Of a DNA stretch of 64,000 nt, positions 24,335-37,636 are shown piece after piece; position 1 is the first letter of the stretch; the number at the start of each line of letters is the position of its first letter. This DNA comes from Psammoneis japonica. Taxonomy: Eukaryota. The notes below the pieces were generated by a model. The model saw only the letters and a list, made by a program, of their open reading frames with translations. It did not search any database and had not been told where the DNA came from. The stretch is from contig QPGO01000093.1 of the NCBI GenBank assembly GCA_008632985.1, forward strand, positions 248,001 through 312,000, in the 5' to 3' direction. Both the position numbers and the translations under genes were made by a program.

Positions 24335-25785
24335 CTATGATTGTGCCTTTTGTCTAGGTGCCGGATCCCAATACCCCTTCCAATCTCCACCGCCAAGAAA
24401 TTTGTACAGTCGCCGATTGTAAGGCGCATAAAAGTCTTCCAACATTTGTCGCGTTGTCGCATTCATAGCCATGGTGTAATTGCTAACCACCTTGTCTTTC
24501 TTGTCAGTCAGTTGGTGGTCCGGCAAATTCAAAAACTTTAGAACCTTTTCATATTCCTTGTCCACATTCTTCTTCAAGTCTTCGGATCGAATCACTAAGA
24601 TTTCCTTTTTAGGATCCCGTCCAACCTCCTTCATGGCTTGGAACCAATGTCGCAATTGCATTTCATACATACCACGCCCAATCGGTCCCTCATGAGCCAG
24701 TCGCAAATACTCGGTCCACGCTTCATCTTCTTGGGGCGATCCGGCAAATTTGTTAAAGTTCACCTTGTTCCAATCATGCACGAGTCCGGCTTGCTTCATG
24801 AATTCAAAATCCTCTTCAATCCATCGCTCAAAGGACATTTTAAGATTGACACGCCGCACGGCATAGGCCCAATTGGAATACGCCCGATCGACGGATTCCT
24901 CAACACCACTAGCAACTTGACCCATGGACAGACACAGAGAATGCGTTGCGGAAGCATGGTGGAAAAGAACAAGTATCCCGGCGTGCCGTCAAAGGAAATG
25001 GACTTTTTGTTTTCTTCCAATGCCTTGTGATGGTAGTCAAGCGCATACATGTGTTGCCGTGCGGATTGGACCGCCGTTTTGCGGCTTGCCGTCACGTAAT
25101 TGCCACGAAAGTTCTTGTTGAGAAAGAATTGTAACTCCTTGGTACGAGCGGGGATGACGGACGGGTGTTGTGTAATATAAGACGCGAGCGACGTTGTACC
25201 GCTTTTCTTGGCACCCGGCAATAAAAAGTAGGGAGCTCGCAATTGCCAGGCATTGTCGCCTGTGGGATACCACTCGGCACCCTGCAATTCACAATACCGT
25301 TCCACAAAGGTGTCGTTGCCTGTTCTTGTAGAAGTAACGTTTGAACTATTCGTAACGTCAATAGCTGATGGCTGATCTTTTGTATCGGTTGTTGGCAAAG
25401 CATTTTTCGATTCCAATTCCGGCAGTTCCGAACGAGGCTTATCGTCAATTCTGTGTTTCTTTTCTCGAAGACTCTCGAGTTCGTTGCTTTTCTCATCCTC
25501 TGGCGGTTCCTTTTCAGTCACGTAACTTTGCTGTTTTTCATTCATATTCTCTATTATTGTTTCTGTTTGTTTCGTCGGTTTCTTTTTTTCTATTGTCATT
25601 TCGTTGCTTTTGTTTTTCAACACCACTTTGGCTGGGTCACGGACGAATTGAGAATGTCCCATCACAATCAACACCAAAAAGGCAAAGAAACATGTGATTT
25701 TCAAGCCACGATGGTGTGCCGCCATACTTGGTACATGATGATCATTGCATGTCGTGTTGGACAAGAACAGCGGTTTCATCATCAT
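24335..25785 (-). CDS. Type II membrane sulfotransferase (heparan sulfate 3-O/N-sulfotransferase-like)
   Basis: 5'-PSB GAKKSGTTSL, KELQFF, DGTPGY and LRNP/DRAYS (frame changes near 24895), ending FYAPYNRRL. Confidence 0.85.
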
Positions 25786-26052
25786 CCTCGGGCACAAATC
25801 ACAAACTTATTACGCCATGGCCGATGCTGCAGAAAAAAAAAAGTACTTGGCGAAGCGGGCAAAATTCAAATGACATGCGGACGGATGACGGACAGGACAT
25901 TGTGTATGACGTTTGTACTGGAAGACTTATTATAGTAGGAATTAAGTATGTAGAATCATTACTAAACCTTACGTAACGAGTCATTTAACGGCATTTAACG
26001 TCCAACGTCCTTCGAAAAGTCATGCGCGACCGTCTTCATTTTTTTTCTCACC

Positions 26053-27432
26053 ATGAGATTTCGCAACCGCATTCAACAAACACGAGGCCGACAACAGTTG
26101 CATCACAGTAGCACTAAGAAACACCATGTACTGATATCCGCTCGTCGCATTGTGCTTGTTGTTCTGACGAGTATTGTCGTGCTGTATCTAATTGTTGCGA
26201 TTGCGTGGTATCGTCGTGATAATCAGCACGACAACAACAACAAGAATGCATCAAGTCCTCATGGGCCCAACCAGTTGTTGAGAAACACTGCAAATCAACA
26301 ACAACAAAGACGAAGAGAAAACATGGTTCAGGCAAATGACGAGAAAATTAATTTATCGGCGGGAAGCATGCAGTACAAGGACTGGAGAGCGCTCGCCGTC
26401 AAACTCGCATCGTTGCCATCGCAAGAAGTTCTTGAAGCACTTGACGAACTCGATCCGTTTGGAGTACGAACTTTTGAAAAGGATCTGTTACAGGCCGAAA
26501 CTGATTTGAAGCGTGTTTTGACATTGGACGAAATTCAGCAATTGTTTCCGTGTCCACAAAATCGAATCAGTTTACCAGATTTGCGACTACAACAGAAGGC
26601 ACTCGATTTTCGCAATGCCAAGCCGGGTTCGTTTTTGTTTTTTCAACACTTGCGCAAAGCGGGTGGGACACACTTTTGTACACTTGCCCAAGCCAATTTA
26701 CCAAAACGTGCACTGCCGCCCTATTATTGCATGCCCGACATGGTTTGGAGTGGCAACAAGGCTGCGGGCTATTTGCATCATTGGAGCAATGCCGATATAG
26801 TTGCCAAGATGAAGCAACATCGTGTTGCTGGAAACGAATGGGATAATTTTGATGTCAAGAACCATTTTGATTTGCCTGCCGTCTTTGCCACGTCGTTTCG
26901 TCGTCCTCTTGATCGGGCCTTGTCGCAATTTCGGTTTGAGTGTATCGAAGAGCGGGGTTGCAAAATCAAGGACGTGGGCAAGTGGTGGAAACGTCGAACC
27001 GACTTGAACAATGTCTACACGTGTACCTTTTCCGATGGGGACTGTCGGCAAAAGGTTTATACAGATGACTCGCTTTCCAAGCAACGAGGCGAAATGATGG
27101 GTACCGCACTGGATACCGTGGCAAAGTTCAATCTAGTCCTCGTTATGGAATGGTTGAGTTATGCAGCGCCGCAGGTGCAGAGCGTCTTGGGCTTTGCCGA
27201 CACGTCCGTCTTGACAAAACGGGTACGGCCACACATTAATCAGGCACACCGAGAGGATGGTCAAGAACAAAATTTGGGTGCTGCGGGTATCGCAAAAGCA
27301 AGTTGGATCCCCAAGGATTATCTAACGGCAGAGCAATACGAAGACATGAGCAATTCACTGGCACTGGACGAAATATTGACCGATGCAGCACGGCGACTGT
27401 TTCTAGAGAGACTGGTTTGTCCAGCCATATAA
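26053..27432 (+). CDS. Type II membrane sulfotransferase-like protein (Sulfotransfer_2-like)
   Basis: N-terminal TM helix, FFQHLRKAGGT and FRRPLDRALSQF. Confidence 0.75.
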   Translation: MRFRNRIQQTRGRQQLHHSSTKKHHVLISARRIVLVVLTSIVVLYLIVAIAWYRRDNQHDNNNKNASSPHGPNQLLRNTANQQQQRRRENMVQANDEKINLSAGSMQYKDWRALAVKLASLPSQEVLEALDELDPFGVRTFEKDLLQAETDLKRVLTLDEIQQLFPCPQNRISLPDLRLQQKALDFRNAKPGSFLFFQHLRKAGGTHFCTLAQANLPKRALPPYYCMPDMVWSGNKAAGYLHHWSNADIVAKMKQHRVAGNEWDNFDVKNHFDLPAVFATSFRRPLDRALSQFRFECIEERGCKIKDVGKWWKRRTDLNNVYTCTFSDGDCRQKVYTDDSLSKQRGEMMGTALDTVAKFNLVLVMEWLSYAAPQVQSVLGFADTSVLTKRVRPHINQAHREDGQEQNLGAAGIAKASWIPKDYLTAEQYEDMSNSLALDEILTDAARRLFLERLVCPAI

Positions 27433-27462
27433 AGAGAGTAACGAAAAACAAAGAATCGTGTA

Positions 27463-30400
27463 CTACTGAAACAAATGTAGATGCATGCGATAGAGATCTC
27501 CGCTTTTTACCGTGACCGGGATGACGCCAGACACCTCTTCATCCGCCGAGGCAGGAACACTGATTCTGCCGACGAGATTGGATCCCGCCTTGCTTGTAGT
27601 ATGACGTGGAGCCGACTGGTGGTTGTACAACCACCGCGTGGCGGACGCAGTAGCTTGCTCGAGTCGTTTCTCGGCGGCTGTCGGCTTTGCCAAGGATTCT
27701 TGAAGCAACGCTCTGGAATTTGTCTTGTCGGAACGAGCTTGTTTCAAATCCACAATCGACACGGACGCCTTGGCGAGACGAGAATAGCATCGTGCGGCTG
27801 ACAATTGCTGGAGACAGTGAAAACCGTCATCTTCGGGATCTTGCGTTTTCTCGTCTTCGCTTGTCGTTACACCAGGAAGAGGTGGAAGAGACATTAACGT
27901 AGAAACAAAGGCTTGCGACTTGTATGCCGCAGCCTCGCGTCGTGCCGACTGCAGAGCGGGACGATACAAGGCTGTTTCCATTGCGGCAACACTAGCCGTG
28001 GACGCTGCGTCGACCGGAGGCTGCAAATCAAAACGTCCACGTCTCGAGTCGGTCGAGTACTCTGTAATGGCACTCACGCTGCGTTTGCCCATGTACGAGT
28101 TGCGTCTGCCACCTTTTTGTGGAGACTTTGAGTCTTTGAAAGACCGAATCTCTTGTTCATACTCGTCAACTTGACGTTGGAGCACGTCCATGGCCTCGGT
28201 GAGCTGTTGCAACAGACAAAGAATCGGCAATGAGAACTAAACGAAGAGGACGTTAATGAGAAAACGACTTGATCCAAGATGATCAGACTTACCACTCGAT
28301 TCTCTTCCTTGACACTATTTAACTCCTCTGTAGACACCTGTTCTACGGATTTCTTCACTGGAGAAGAACCCTTTCGTGCCAAGAGCTTTTCCAGTTCCGA
28401 CAGCCTTGCGTTCTGAATTGCAATTTCCTTCGACCGCGACGCCAAGCTCTGCGGGGCAAGACACAACATAGAGAATAAGCGTTGAATACAAGGATCTGGA
28501 GTATAGACAAAAGCAAAGCAAAAGGACTATACGCACCTTCTCCAAGCTGGAAACCTTGGCATTTGCCAGATTGAGCTTGGGCTCATTGGCGACTGCATCG
28601 GACAGTTGCTGTTCAATGGTTCTAGTTCGCACCAAGAAATTGACATCCTCTTCGTCTCCATTGAGGGATCGTACTGCCCGAGACAGACTAGCAATACCAC
28701 TCCACGGATCCTCTGCTTCAGGGGACAAGGGATGAAAGGTACTATTGTCCTCATTATTGAGGCCGGCAGAACGAAGCGCGGCTGAAGTCTGCACCAACGC
28801 CTTCAGCACTTCATCTGCCGCGGACTCACATGTCGCCGCATTCGAGACGGTCGCACTGTCTTCCGACGACAACATAGCCTCCACACTTGCAAGCAGCTTT
28901 GACGAAGCTTCTTTCCACGGAGCTACAGGTTCCGCAACGCTTGCAACAACCTTTTCGTCGCTCACGTCTAACCTAGCCAAACGGACGCACGCCTTGGAGG
29001 CTTCAGAGCACACTTGATCAAGCTTTGACATTAACGAGCCGAGCACAGCCTTGGCTTCATTCGAAGCGCTCTGTCCCGACTCTTCTGCTGCAACCGCGAT
29101 GCAACAGCTGCTCCAGCAGCTAGGCAGGAGAACTTAGACACAGATGCATCTCTAAATAGCCCCATCCCGGAGGCTTCCAGGCTACCGGAAGCAAAAGATT
29201 TCCGTCCGAATCAATCGCGGTGTTCAAATGTTCCATGGCATTCCGAATGCTCTGCTCAAACGATCCGAGATTGGTTTGGTGGGGTGAAAGCACGCCCTCT
29301 TCCTTGAGCGTTCTTAGCATATCACTCAGGGCAACGTCCACGTCTGAAATGGAATGACCAACCAAGGAACCCAATTCCGCCGACGATTGCGGAGTCAAGA
29401 GATCTGGCCATTGCCCAGCCGACAAGAGCCTCAACAAATCCGCGGCAATATCTGTCGTTGCGAGCGCAAACTTGGATTGGTGAATCATGTTTCCTACCGC
29501 CTGTGAAGCATCATCCGACAAGGTCAAAACCGTATTAGGATCAACCTCCATGTCCTCGATAGAAAGAGTTTCGCTGGTGCCCATTCGTATCTTTTGCGTA
29601 AAGATTGTTGCGATTCCGTCTAAGGATCGCGATGCCTTTTCAACAAGCTTGGAAAGTAGCAGCTCGCCCTTGACGGACGCCAGTTCTGACGAGACAACAC
29701 CCTGTGGTAAAAAACTTTCGAGTCGGTCCGACAAGTGACGAAGCACATGGGCTTCAATACGATCAATCACAGCCTCGGCCTCTCGCTTGCGAATGTTTGC
29801 ACCGTCGGCAACAAGTTGAGAAGCCCGGGCAAGCGCCTTTTGGGTAGATTGCAACAAGTCTGATTTTTCTCCTTTTTCGCCCTTTTGTAATTCAAGGAGT
29901 GCACTCTTTTCTTGCTTGAGAGTCTCCACCGATGTTCGATAATTGCTGACGGTCCGCTGAAAGTCTTCCTCACGGCGTCGTTGCCTACGAGAATAAGAAG
30001 TAGTCACAAACAGATTAGACAAAGAGGCTGACAAAACTAAGCCGCAACGAAATGCACGCGATATCATCCACACTCACAGTCGAATAGCTTCTTCTAAATT
30101 CCTCACAATCGTATCCCGTTCTTCCAAGTCTCGCTCGAGCGCCTTGGTTTCCTCTGCCTGCACTTCTTCCATTTCAGCCGTAATCTCGGAAGCCTGTTCC
30201 AACTCACGAATTGTCGTTTGCAGCGCGACATTGTCATCCTCTAAGGCCATGACGCGATCGGACAAGTCCTCCACCATGCCTTCTAACGCACTGCCCTGTT
30301 CCACCATGTCTTTCAAGTCACTAACTTCTTCTTGTAGTTTAGCACGTTCCAGTTGCAGCGATTCGACTTGCGCCACAAGCTCGTTACCCGTGGCGGCATC

Positions 30401-31900
30401 TTTTTCGGCGGCACGCAAGTCACGAGACAAATCCATTTTTTCCATGGCCGATTGTTCTCGTAGTCTGATTAATGCTTCTCGGAGACGGGCATTCTGAATC
30501 GACAAGGCTTGCACGGCATCATCGTCATCCGCGTTACCCGTCGACACTGCTTCAGTAGCAGACGCTGCCGCCGCTTTGCTGTTTTCAAATTCGAGCCGCG
30601 CTTCTTCCGCTTCCATTTGTGCCGTTTCTGCATCAATCTTGAGTTCCTCCACTAAATCCTGAAGCGCTTCCTTTTCTTGTTGCAGCTCTTCTTTATCCAA
30701 GGCCAATTCCTCAATGGTGGTGTCCATTTCGAGTTTCTGTTTTTCCATTTCTTCCACGATGCGATGGGCCTTTTGCAATTCGGCTTGGAGTTTAGCCTGC
30801 TGTTTGTAGTGCTCGTGACTCGACGCTCCTCGAGACGATTCTTGCTGGCGCATGGCCTGCAATTCCAATTCCAACGCCGAGGCGGATGCTTTGGCTTCGG
30901 TAAATTCCGCTGCATCAGCTTTTCGGGCTTGTCGTTCCTGTTCCAAGTCGCTCTGTAGGGTTTTGGTTTCCTTTTCCAAGGACTGTATTTGATCCTGCAA
31001 ATCGTTTCGTTCGGATTCAACTCGACTCAATTCACCCTTCGCCGCATTCAGCGCTTCTCGGGCATCTTCAAGAGTCATCACGGATGAGGATTCTTGTGCT
31101 TGCTGTTGTTTCTGAGTTTCCTCTTGTTCTTTGATAGCATCTAGAGCTTGTTTTGCCGAGTCTGCTTGTGTTTTTGCTTCGTTTGCTTCTTCTTGTGCCG
31201 TGGCGAGACTCTGCTTCAAGGAATCGTTCTCTTGAGCTTTGGACTGCAATTCTGAAGTAAGACTCTCGACTTGAGTCTCGAGGGATACAATTTTAGATTG
31301 AAGAGCTTCGATTTCTTGTTTGGAAGGCCGCAAGGGAGATTTGGAAGTTGCCGATCGTGTTGGCGTGGTGCTACTAACAGTGGGTCTGGTTGGAGTCGTT
31401 CTCGTTGCTGCCGTCCGAGCCGTCATTCTGGAAGCCGCCGCTTCTTCTCGCCGTCTACGAATTTCGTCTAGTCTCGATCGAGCCGATGATGAGGATGACG
31501 GTGACGTCCTTGATGCTGTGGGAGACGTTGCTGCAGCTGTAGGAGATGACACAGCTTTGGGGGCGGGTGAAGACGTTGTCGTTCCACTCTTTGCCAGTTC
31601 TCGCTTCAACCGCAGCTCCTCCAACCTCGACAGTGTTCTTTTCTTGATATGTGACTTTCGCACAAAAACTCCTCCGTTGGGACCACAAGTAAAGTACTGC
31701 TGACCTTGGACTGTGCCGTCGTTCTTGCCCATGCCTACTGATGCACCAGTGAGCTTGACGCCAACCCAATCCTGACCGTCAGCAAACGAAACCTTACCGA
31801 GATAGGCAACGATACCTTCGAGCGGTGCGTGTCCCTCCCCGCGCTCGACATGGACCGGGTCATTGACCTTGAGGTCGGTGGTGCGCATAGGAGACGCCAT
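27463..31900 (-). CDS. DCTN1: Dynactin subunit 1 (p150Glued), multi-exon
   Basis: CAP-Gly domain (WVGV...GKNDGTVQGQQYF), S/T-rich linker and coiled coil with LALDKE, QNARLREALIRLR and EGMVEDL. Confidence 0.92.
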
Positions 31901-32169
31901 GGTGAAACGAAAAAAGATTGTGCTGTTGCCAGAAGGTTGTCGCGCGCGGTTAGTCGGCGGTCATCCTAACAGGGGATCGAGCTCTAAAATACGAGCTCTT
32001 TTCGTTTGTTTGGCTGAGTACACGGACATCAACCAGCTTTTTGGATTTGCAGAGCAATCATCTCCACTCCACCCGTCAGACATGTACAAGGTCTGTTAAT
32101 TTTATTACGTCATTGTGGCAGCCAAGGTCGGTTGCAGGCCTGGGAGGAGAGAGAGAAAAAGCACAGGTC

Positions 32170-32346
32170 AGGTGCAAATCATCATGATGCTCTGCATGTT
32201 TCTTGTCCTCGCACCACAATGACGAAGCCCTGATGGAAGCCCAACTTTGCAAGCTTTTCACCTGAAACTGTCAAGAACATCCACTGAAATCAGAAGTTCC
32301 ATCAAACAGGGTTTTTCTTGTTCCACATTGACACATCTCAAACATG
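32170..32346 (-). pseudogene. Mutated copy of the ceramidase 3' coding end and 3' flank
   Basis: Aligns to ~54368-54539; GTRKTLFDGTSDFSGCS versus GTRKILFGGTSDFSGCS in the intact gene. Confidence 0.9.
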
Positions 32347-32369
32347 ACTTTGCAAGGAATGCAGGCAAT

Positions 32370-33249
32370 GGCAAGTTCCTTGTGTCCTTTGCAAGCAGAT
32401 GATTCCCCAACACATGGCAACTCTGTGCAAAGATTCTTGAGGGTCAATGGCTTGGTTCTTTGGTCACCTGTGGGCTGGTCTTGGAGTGCTTGCAAGAGCA
32501 CATGGCAAAGAGCCAGGCACCAATGTGTGTTGCTTGGTTTTGGGGCAAGGCTCAGAGGAGTGAGGCGGTGATCACTTTCTGCCTGTTGCTTCTGCTTTCC
32601 ATCTTGATTCTTGTGGCCTCAGCATTGGCAGAGCAAAAGGCGCAAGGTGCACCCATCCTCATCCAGTCATGGGTCTTTCCAGTTGTGAGATCCAAAGGTG
32701 GGTGCCACATCATCCATGGCAGCTGTGGCGGCCCCTGCCACCAGTGTTTCAAATTGTTCAGCCAAGTGTCAGCCTTCCTGCATGGCAGCTGCAAATGCTC
32801 TGAGGGTGTGAATCCGATGTTGTTGGGCAATGGTGAGCTTGTCCATGAACAGGTGGTCTTTGAGTTCAATTTTGCCAAGAACAACTTTTCCCAGTGGGTG
32901 AAAGCTGTGTCTTGCTTGTTCTTGTCAGTCTCTTTGGCATTTGCTTCTTGATGGGATCCTTTGGTGTCAAGGAGGAGGTTGGTTGGGAAACAACTTCTCT
33001 GGGCAGCAGCAAGATGCAAAAATTGTGATGAAGCAAAAGGGCAAGTGTGTCATCAGACAAGTTGCTGTCTCTCAACAGGCAGTTGCCAACAACGTTCATT
33101 TTGTCTCCAGGAGCTGTTGGCTGAAGGATTGACTGTTGGCACCCATCATGACAGATGCAAACTTGCTGGCAATTTCTGTCTGCTCTGGGTCAGTCTCTTT
33201 GTCAAAGTTGGATTTGCACAGCCAGCCCATGGTGGCAGTGCTGTTGTCC

Positions 33250-33285
<36 letters not shown>

Positions 33286-34200
33286 CACAAGAGAAAGGAG
33301 GGAAGTTGCCTTTGATGCAAGTGATCCACACACACATGACGCTGGTGATGAATTTCTTGGTGTTGAGGGTGAGACTGTGAACCAGGTGATGGGGGAGCTC
33401 CCAACAATGTGCTCAACCCATTTGGACATTGCAGCTGCCAATGCAGTGTTCTGATGTGCATCCAATCAGCAGACATGGGCGGGTTTGTGGCAAGTGATCA
33501 GGCTCAGGTTGATGCCTGGGCATGGATCATGCTGAGTCAGCACAGATGGCATGAGAAATGGAAAGCATGCAGGACAATGTGTCCAAGATGGTTCAGGCAA
33601 CCAACAAGCTGTTCAATCTCCTTGAAGGCACATCCTCCCCTCTTGACAAGTCTTTGGAGTTGCTTGGACCAGGCAATGAGTTTGTGTTTGGGAAGCACAG
33701 TGCGTGCATGTCGTTTGTTTGACAGTCAGCCAAGGGCTGTCCCAAGCACTTCAAGATGGTCTTTGGTGCAGAGCTTCTTCAAACAAGTGAGATCACCCCT
33801 GGCAAAATCTTTGTGAGGGTGAGCTGGTTGGCCAATGTGTGAATTCCCGGAAGTGCTGTTGCTCTTCTCTTCATTCAATGTTGTCGTCAATGTCAGGTGC
33901 AGCTGTCACTGTGTTGACAATGCAGACCTTGACTGTGCCCATCATGTTGTTTAGAGAAATGTTGACTGGCAAGTTGAGAGCTGGTGTGAATGGCACATCA
34001 TTGCTTTCAAAGCAGGGAGAAGGAAGGTGATCAAGTGTGGGGTTGTGGGGGACTGGGTTCCAGGACTTGCATTGAAGGATGTCATTGGACAGACCACACA
34101 CTGATTTGGAGAGATGTCACCCCACAGATTTGGGTTCAGCTTGCCTCTGAAGGCAAATCATCTAAGCTGACAATGGATTGCATGGTGCTGTGGCACTTTT
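32370..34200 (-). mobile_element. Degenerate DIRS/Ngaro-like tyrosine-recombinase retrotransposon (RT, RNase H and YR relics)
   Basis: RT: LSNDILQCKSWNP...PFTPA...GTVKV(C)IVN at the YIDD position, and EIEQLVGCLNH. RNase H: TAMGWLCKSNF and NVVGNCLLRD. YR: DP*LDEDG...GHKNQD, and IGAWLFAM(C)SC(K)(H)SK for the expected AMRSCEY. Confidence 0.75.
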
Positions 34201-34477
34201 CAAGTGGCCTTGGTGACGGGCCAACTTGTGGTCAATCTTCTGCAGCCATCTCTTGGCATTTGCGTTGGGCTGTTCCTTGGGTTGCAAATGGGAAATCCCC
34301 AAAAATGACTGATTGTGGTCATTGCATTGACTTCTGCTCAAACAATGAAGATCACAGACAAGTGCAAAAGCAATTGCATCAAACAGTTTGTGACCCTTTC
34401 TTTCAAAATGACTCTTGAATGTGTGAACATTGCATTTGGACACTTTTGCTCATTCTCACTCTGGAGCCAATTTGTCC

Positions 34478-34665
34478 CACTCTAGAGCTGTTTGACTCTA
34501 GAGAGAATGTCACACTCTAGAATCTTGGGTTCTAGAATGCCGCACTCTAGAACCATTCAATTCTAGAATGGCACACTCCAGAACTGCTCAACTTCAGATT
34601 GTCCTGTTGTGCAGCCATTTGACTCTAGAATGTCACACTCTAGAACTGCTCAACTCCAGATTGCA
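34478..34665. repeat. TCTAGA-cored tandem subrepeat array 1 (~15-17 bp period)
   Basis: Alternating TCTAGAATGTCACAC and TCTAGAACTGCTCAA-like units. Confidence 0.85.
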
Positions 34666-36239
34666 ACGGCTGCTGTTGAGTTTTGCTTGCATCTGTGGCA
34701 GCTGATGGCACCATGGGTTCCAGCTGATGGTGCCATTTTTTTTTACAGAGCTTGGCAACAACCAGGATCAGATTGCAGCTCAGCCAAGATGTGGTCCATG
34801 TTTGGGCACATGCTGCCATTTTTGAGCAATTCTTTCAAGCTGTTCCCATGGTGTTCACAAACCCAAGATTCCAGCATCTTGACAGATGTGACACACTTGG
34901 GCATGCAACATCAGGCTCTCATCAATTCAGGCTCAAAGACACTGTTGATGAAGGGTCTGGGGAGATGTTGCATGCTCAGGAACAAGAGCCACATGGGACA
35001 CAACATGGCAGCTTCATGTCTCCCCTTGTGTGCAGTGTGCCAAATGACAAATGAAGCAAAATTGAGCATGACATCATGTGCTGGCTTTTGACAACCTCAA
35101 ATTTCACCCAGGTCATTGGTGCCAGGTGCATTGTCCAGAAACAGCTTGTCCTTTTCAAAGCACAAATCACTGATTCCTGGAGCTCAAATGAGAACTTCAC
35201 CAAAATTTCCATTCTCCTGTGCGCAAGTGCAAAATCAACTTTGCCACTGACAGCCAAGGGGAGATGTTCACAAGCAACCACTTGATCTGCAACAGATGAC
35301 TTGCCATGCTGCTTCATTGAATTTGGTGTGAGCCTCTGAAAGGATTGATTGAGTCCTTGGCAAAGCAGTGAAATAGAACATGTGTTCCAGAAAGGAATCT
35401 AAACAGCAAATTGCTCTCATTCAATGGTGCTTTTGTTGCAGCATCGACAGTTGTGAGGACAGCAATGCAACATCCAATCAGAGTCAGAGCCACAAGAACT
35501 GTCAAGACAGAAAAGCAGTGTGCAGGTGGGAGAAACAGTGCTTCATCACTCTTGACAAGATTGCAAAACACAAGCAAGTGCATGAGCCGGCACCTTGCAA
35601 CAACAGAAGCCCAGACATGAGAAAAAGCACCCAAGAACTGACAAGGCAGCTGGCCCTGCGGATTTGGAGAGATCCTTGAGGACATCTCAACAACTGTCAA
35701 TCGCTGTCTGAGATGAGCAACAGACAAGTCAGTTAAAATGTGTGCACACTTCAGAGTGGCTGCATCTCAAGCATGCAAAACAATTTGCGCTCACCCCATG
35801 GATGCCCAAATCACCTTCCATTTCCAAAAGCTCTTCTTTTCCATTTTTGACCAACTCCATCATGTGTCTGTGTAGATCAGAGTGCACCAAAAGCATGAGA
35901 TCTGTTGCACACAGGCCAGCTTGCAATTTCAAGACACGCTGCCAGATTCAGAGTGACCATCCATCAGATTTCTGCTTGACAGAACAGCAGCACTGAAAGG
36001 TAGAATCCTTGCATCCATCCCATTCCCAACAATGGTGAAGCCAATGTTTGGTTGACATGTGTGGGGAGCATTGTTGGTGGATGATGTCACTGCACAATGT
36101 GCGTTGACAACATCAGGGCTGCTTGCAGGAAAAGCCTGCATTTGACCCCACTCAGCCTGCAACATGCATGGCACCAGAGGTGCAAGAATTCTCATCCACA
36201 AAAACAGCACAAGGAATGCTGTGAACCCCAGTGCACAAC

Positions 36240-36680
36240 CACAAATGCAAGACAGCCCACTCTGCTTCAAATGGGTGCCTTGACATTTCCTGTTGCAACA
36301 GCACAAGCAATGGTCAGTGGAGTCTGTGAGAATGTTTCTTTGATGTGCAGACTTCCAAGCCACAAACAACAAACAGCAGAGAAAACAAGCTCACGAGAAG
36401 GTGCAAGGCACCTCTTTGCTTTGCCAAAATGATGGATGCAATGCCAAGACAATTTGCACTTGACAAACTGACAGACATTTCCCATTGCAATTGCACAAGT
36501 GCTGGCAGACAGTGGAGTCCACCATGAGAACATTTCTTTGACATGCAAGCTGTCCAAGAAGCCACAAATCACAAAGCACAGAGCAGACAAGCTCACAAGA
36601 CATGCACGCCATTTTGCTTTGCTGAAATGATGGACATGACCAAGCCAATTTGCACTCGAGCAAATGGCAGTTGCAACAGT
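36240..36680 (+). repeat. Degenerate ~190-bp tandem repeat (at least 2 copies)
   Basis: gacatttc...ttgca...gcacaag...gtggagtc...gagaa...tttctttga...gccacaaa...aagctcac recurs at ~36280-36430 and ~36475-36630. Confidence 0.65.
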
Positions 36681-37636
36681 GTGGGACCCCTTTGAAAACA
36701 TTTGACACCAGGAAGGCACAATTGCCGGGGAACATTCATCCTGAGAGATGCCATTGCTGAAATGCCTGACTGCAAACACAAAGAAAAAAGATGAAGGTGT
36801 GAGCACAAACAGCAAATTTTCTCCATTGCCCACAGTGCTGCTGAACTTTGCTCACCACCACCAACAAAGCAGATGTCACAGATTGGAAAGGAAGCAGTGG
36901 GCTGAGGTGCCGCTGCTCTGCTTTGGACACAGAGCTGTCTGAAGTGCTTTTGACATGTCATGCCATGCTGTTCTGCACCACTTTCTCCTTTGTAGAAGTT
37001 CTTGCAGGTGCAGCATGTTGGGACAGGCAGAAGTGCCAGCATTGTCCACCTCATTGCATTGTTTTGTCATTCGTGTGTGTGCTGAGTGCGTGAATGGTGT
37101 GCGGCTGACAACAGACAATTCACACACCTCTGGCATGGCACAAGGTGTCATTGCTCCCAGACTGGAGTTTGCAGCAACCAGAACACCAATGGCGAGTGCA
37201 AATTTCAACAAAATTCCTCTTTCAGACCCTCTCTGTGAAAGAGAAATGAACTTAGAGTGCAGATGGCTTTTTTCTTAGCTCACAACATTTTTGTGCTTCA
37301 TGCTTTTGGCACAACATTGTTTTGCCAAAAACAGAAGCACAAAATAAAAAACAACATTGCTGACCCCTCACAGGCATGAGGAAAATTCCGGTGGTGTCAA
37401 GAATGGATGTGTTGACAGTGACAGCTGCTGAACTGCTGCAAAAGGGCCTCAAGCTCACCTGTTGTGACTGTGCACAGCACACAGCACCAATGCATTTGAA
37501 GTGTCAAAGACTTGAAAATTGCACTTGGCTTCACCCAGCAGCCTTGTAAATCCTTGGCTTTGCTGGCACATTGGACGTTGGCCTTGTGATCTTGCAAGTG
37601 GACAAAAAAAACAGCTCTGGAGCAGAGATCATCTCA

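Noticed and set aside
34478..34665. TCTAGA arrays as a CRISPR array
   Set aside because: The period is ~16 bp, there are no unique spacers or cas genes, and the context is eukaryotic.
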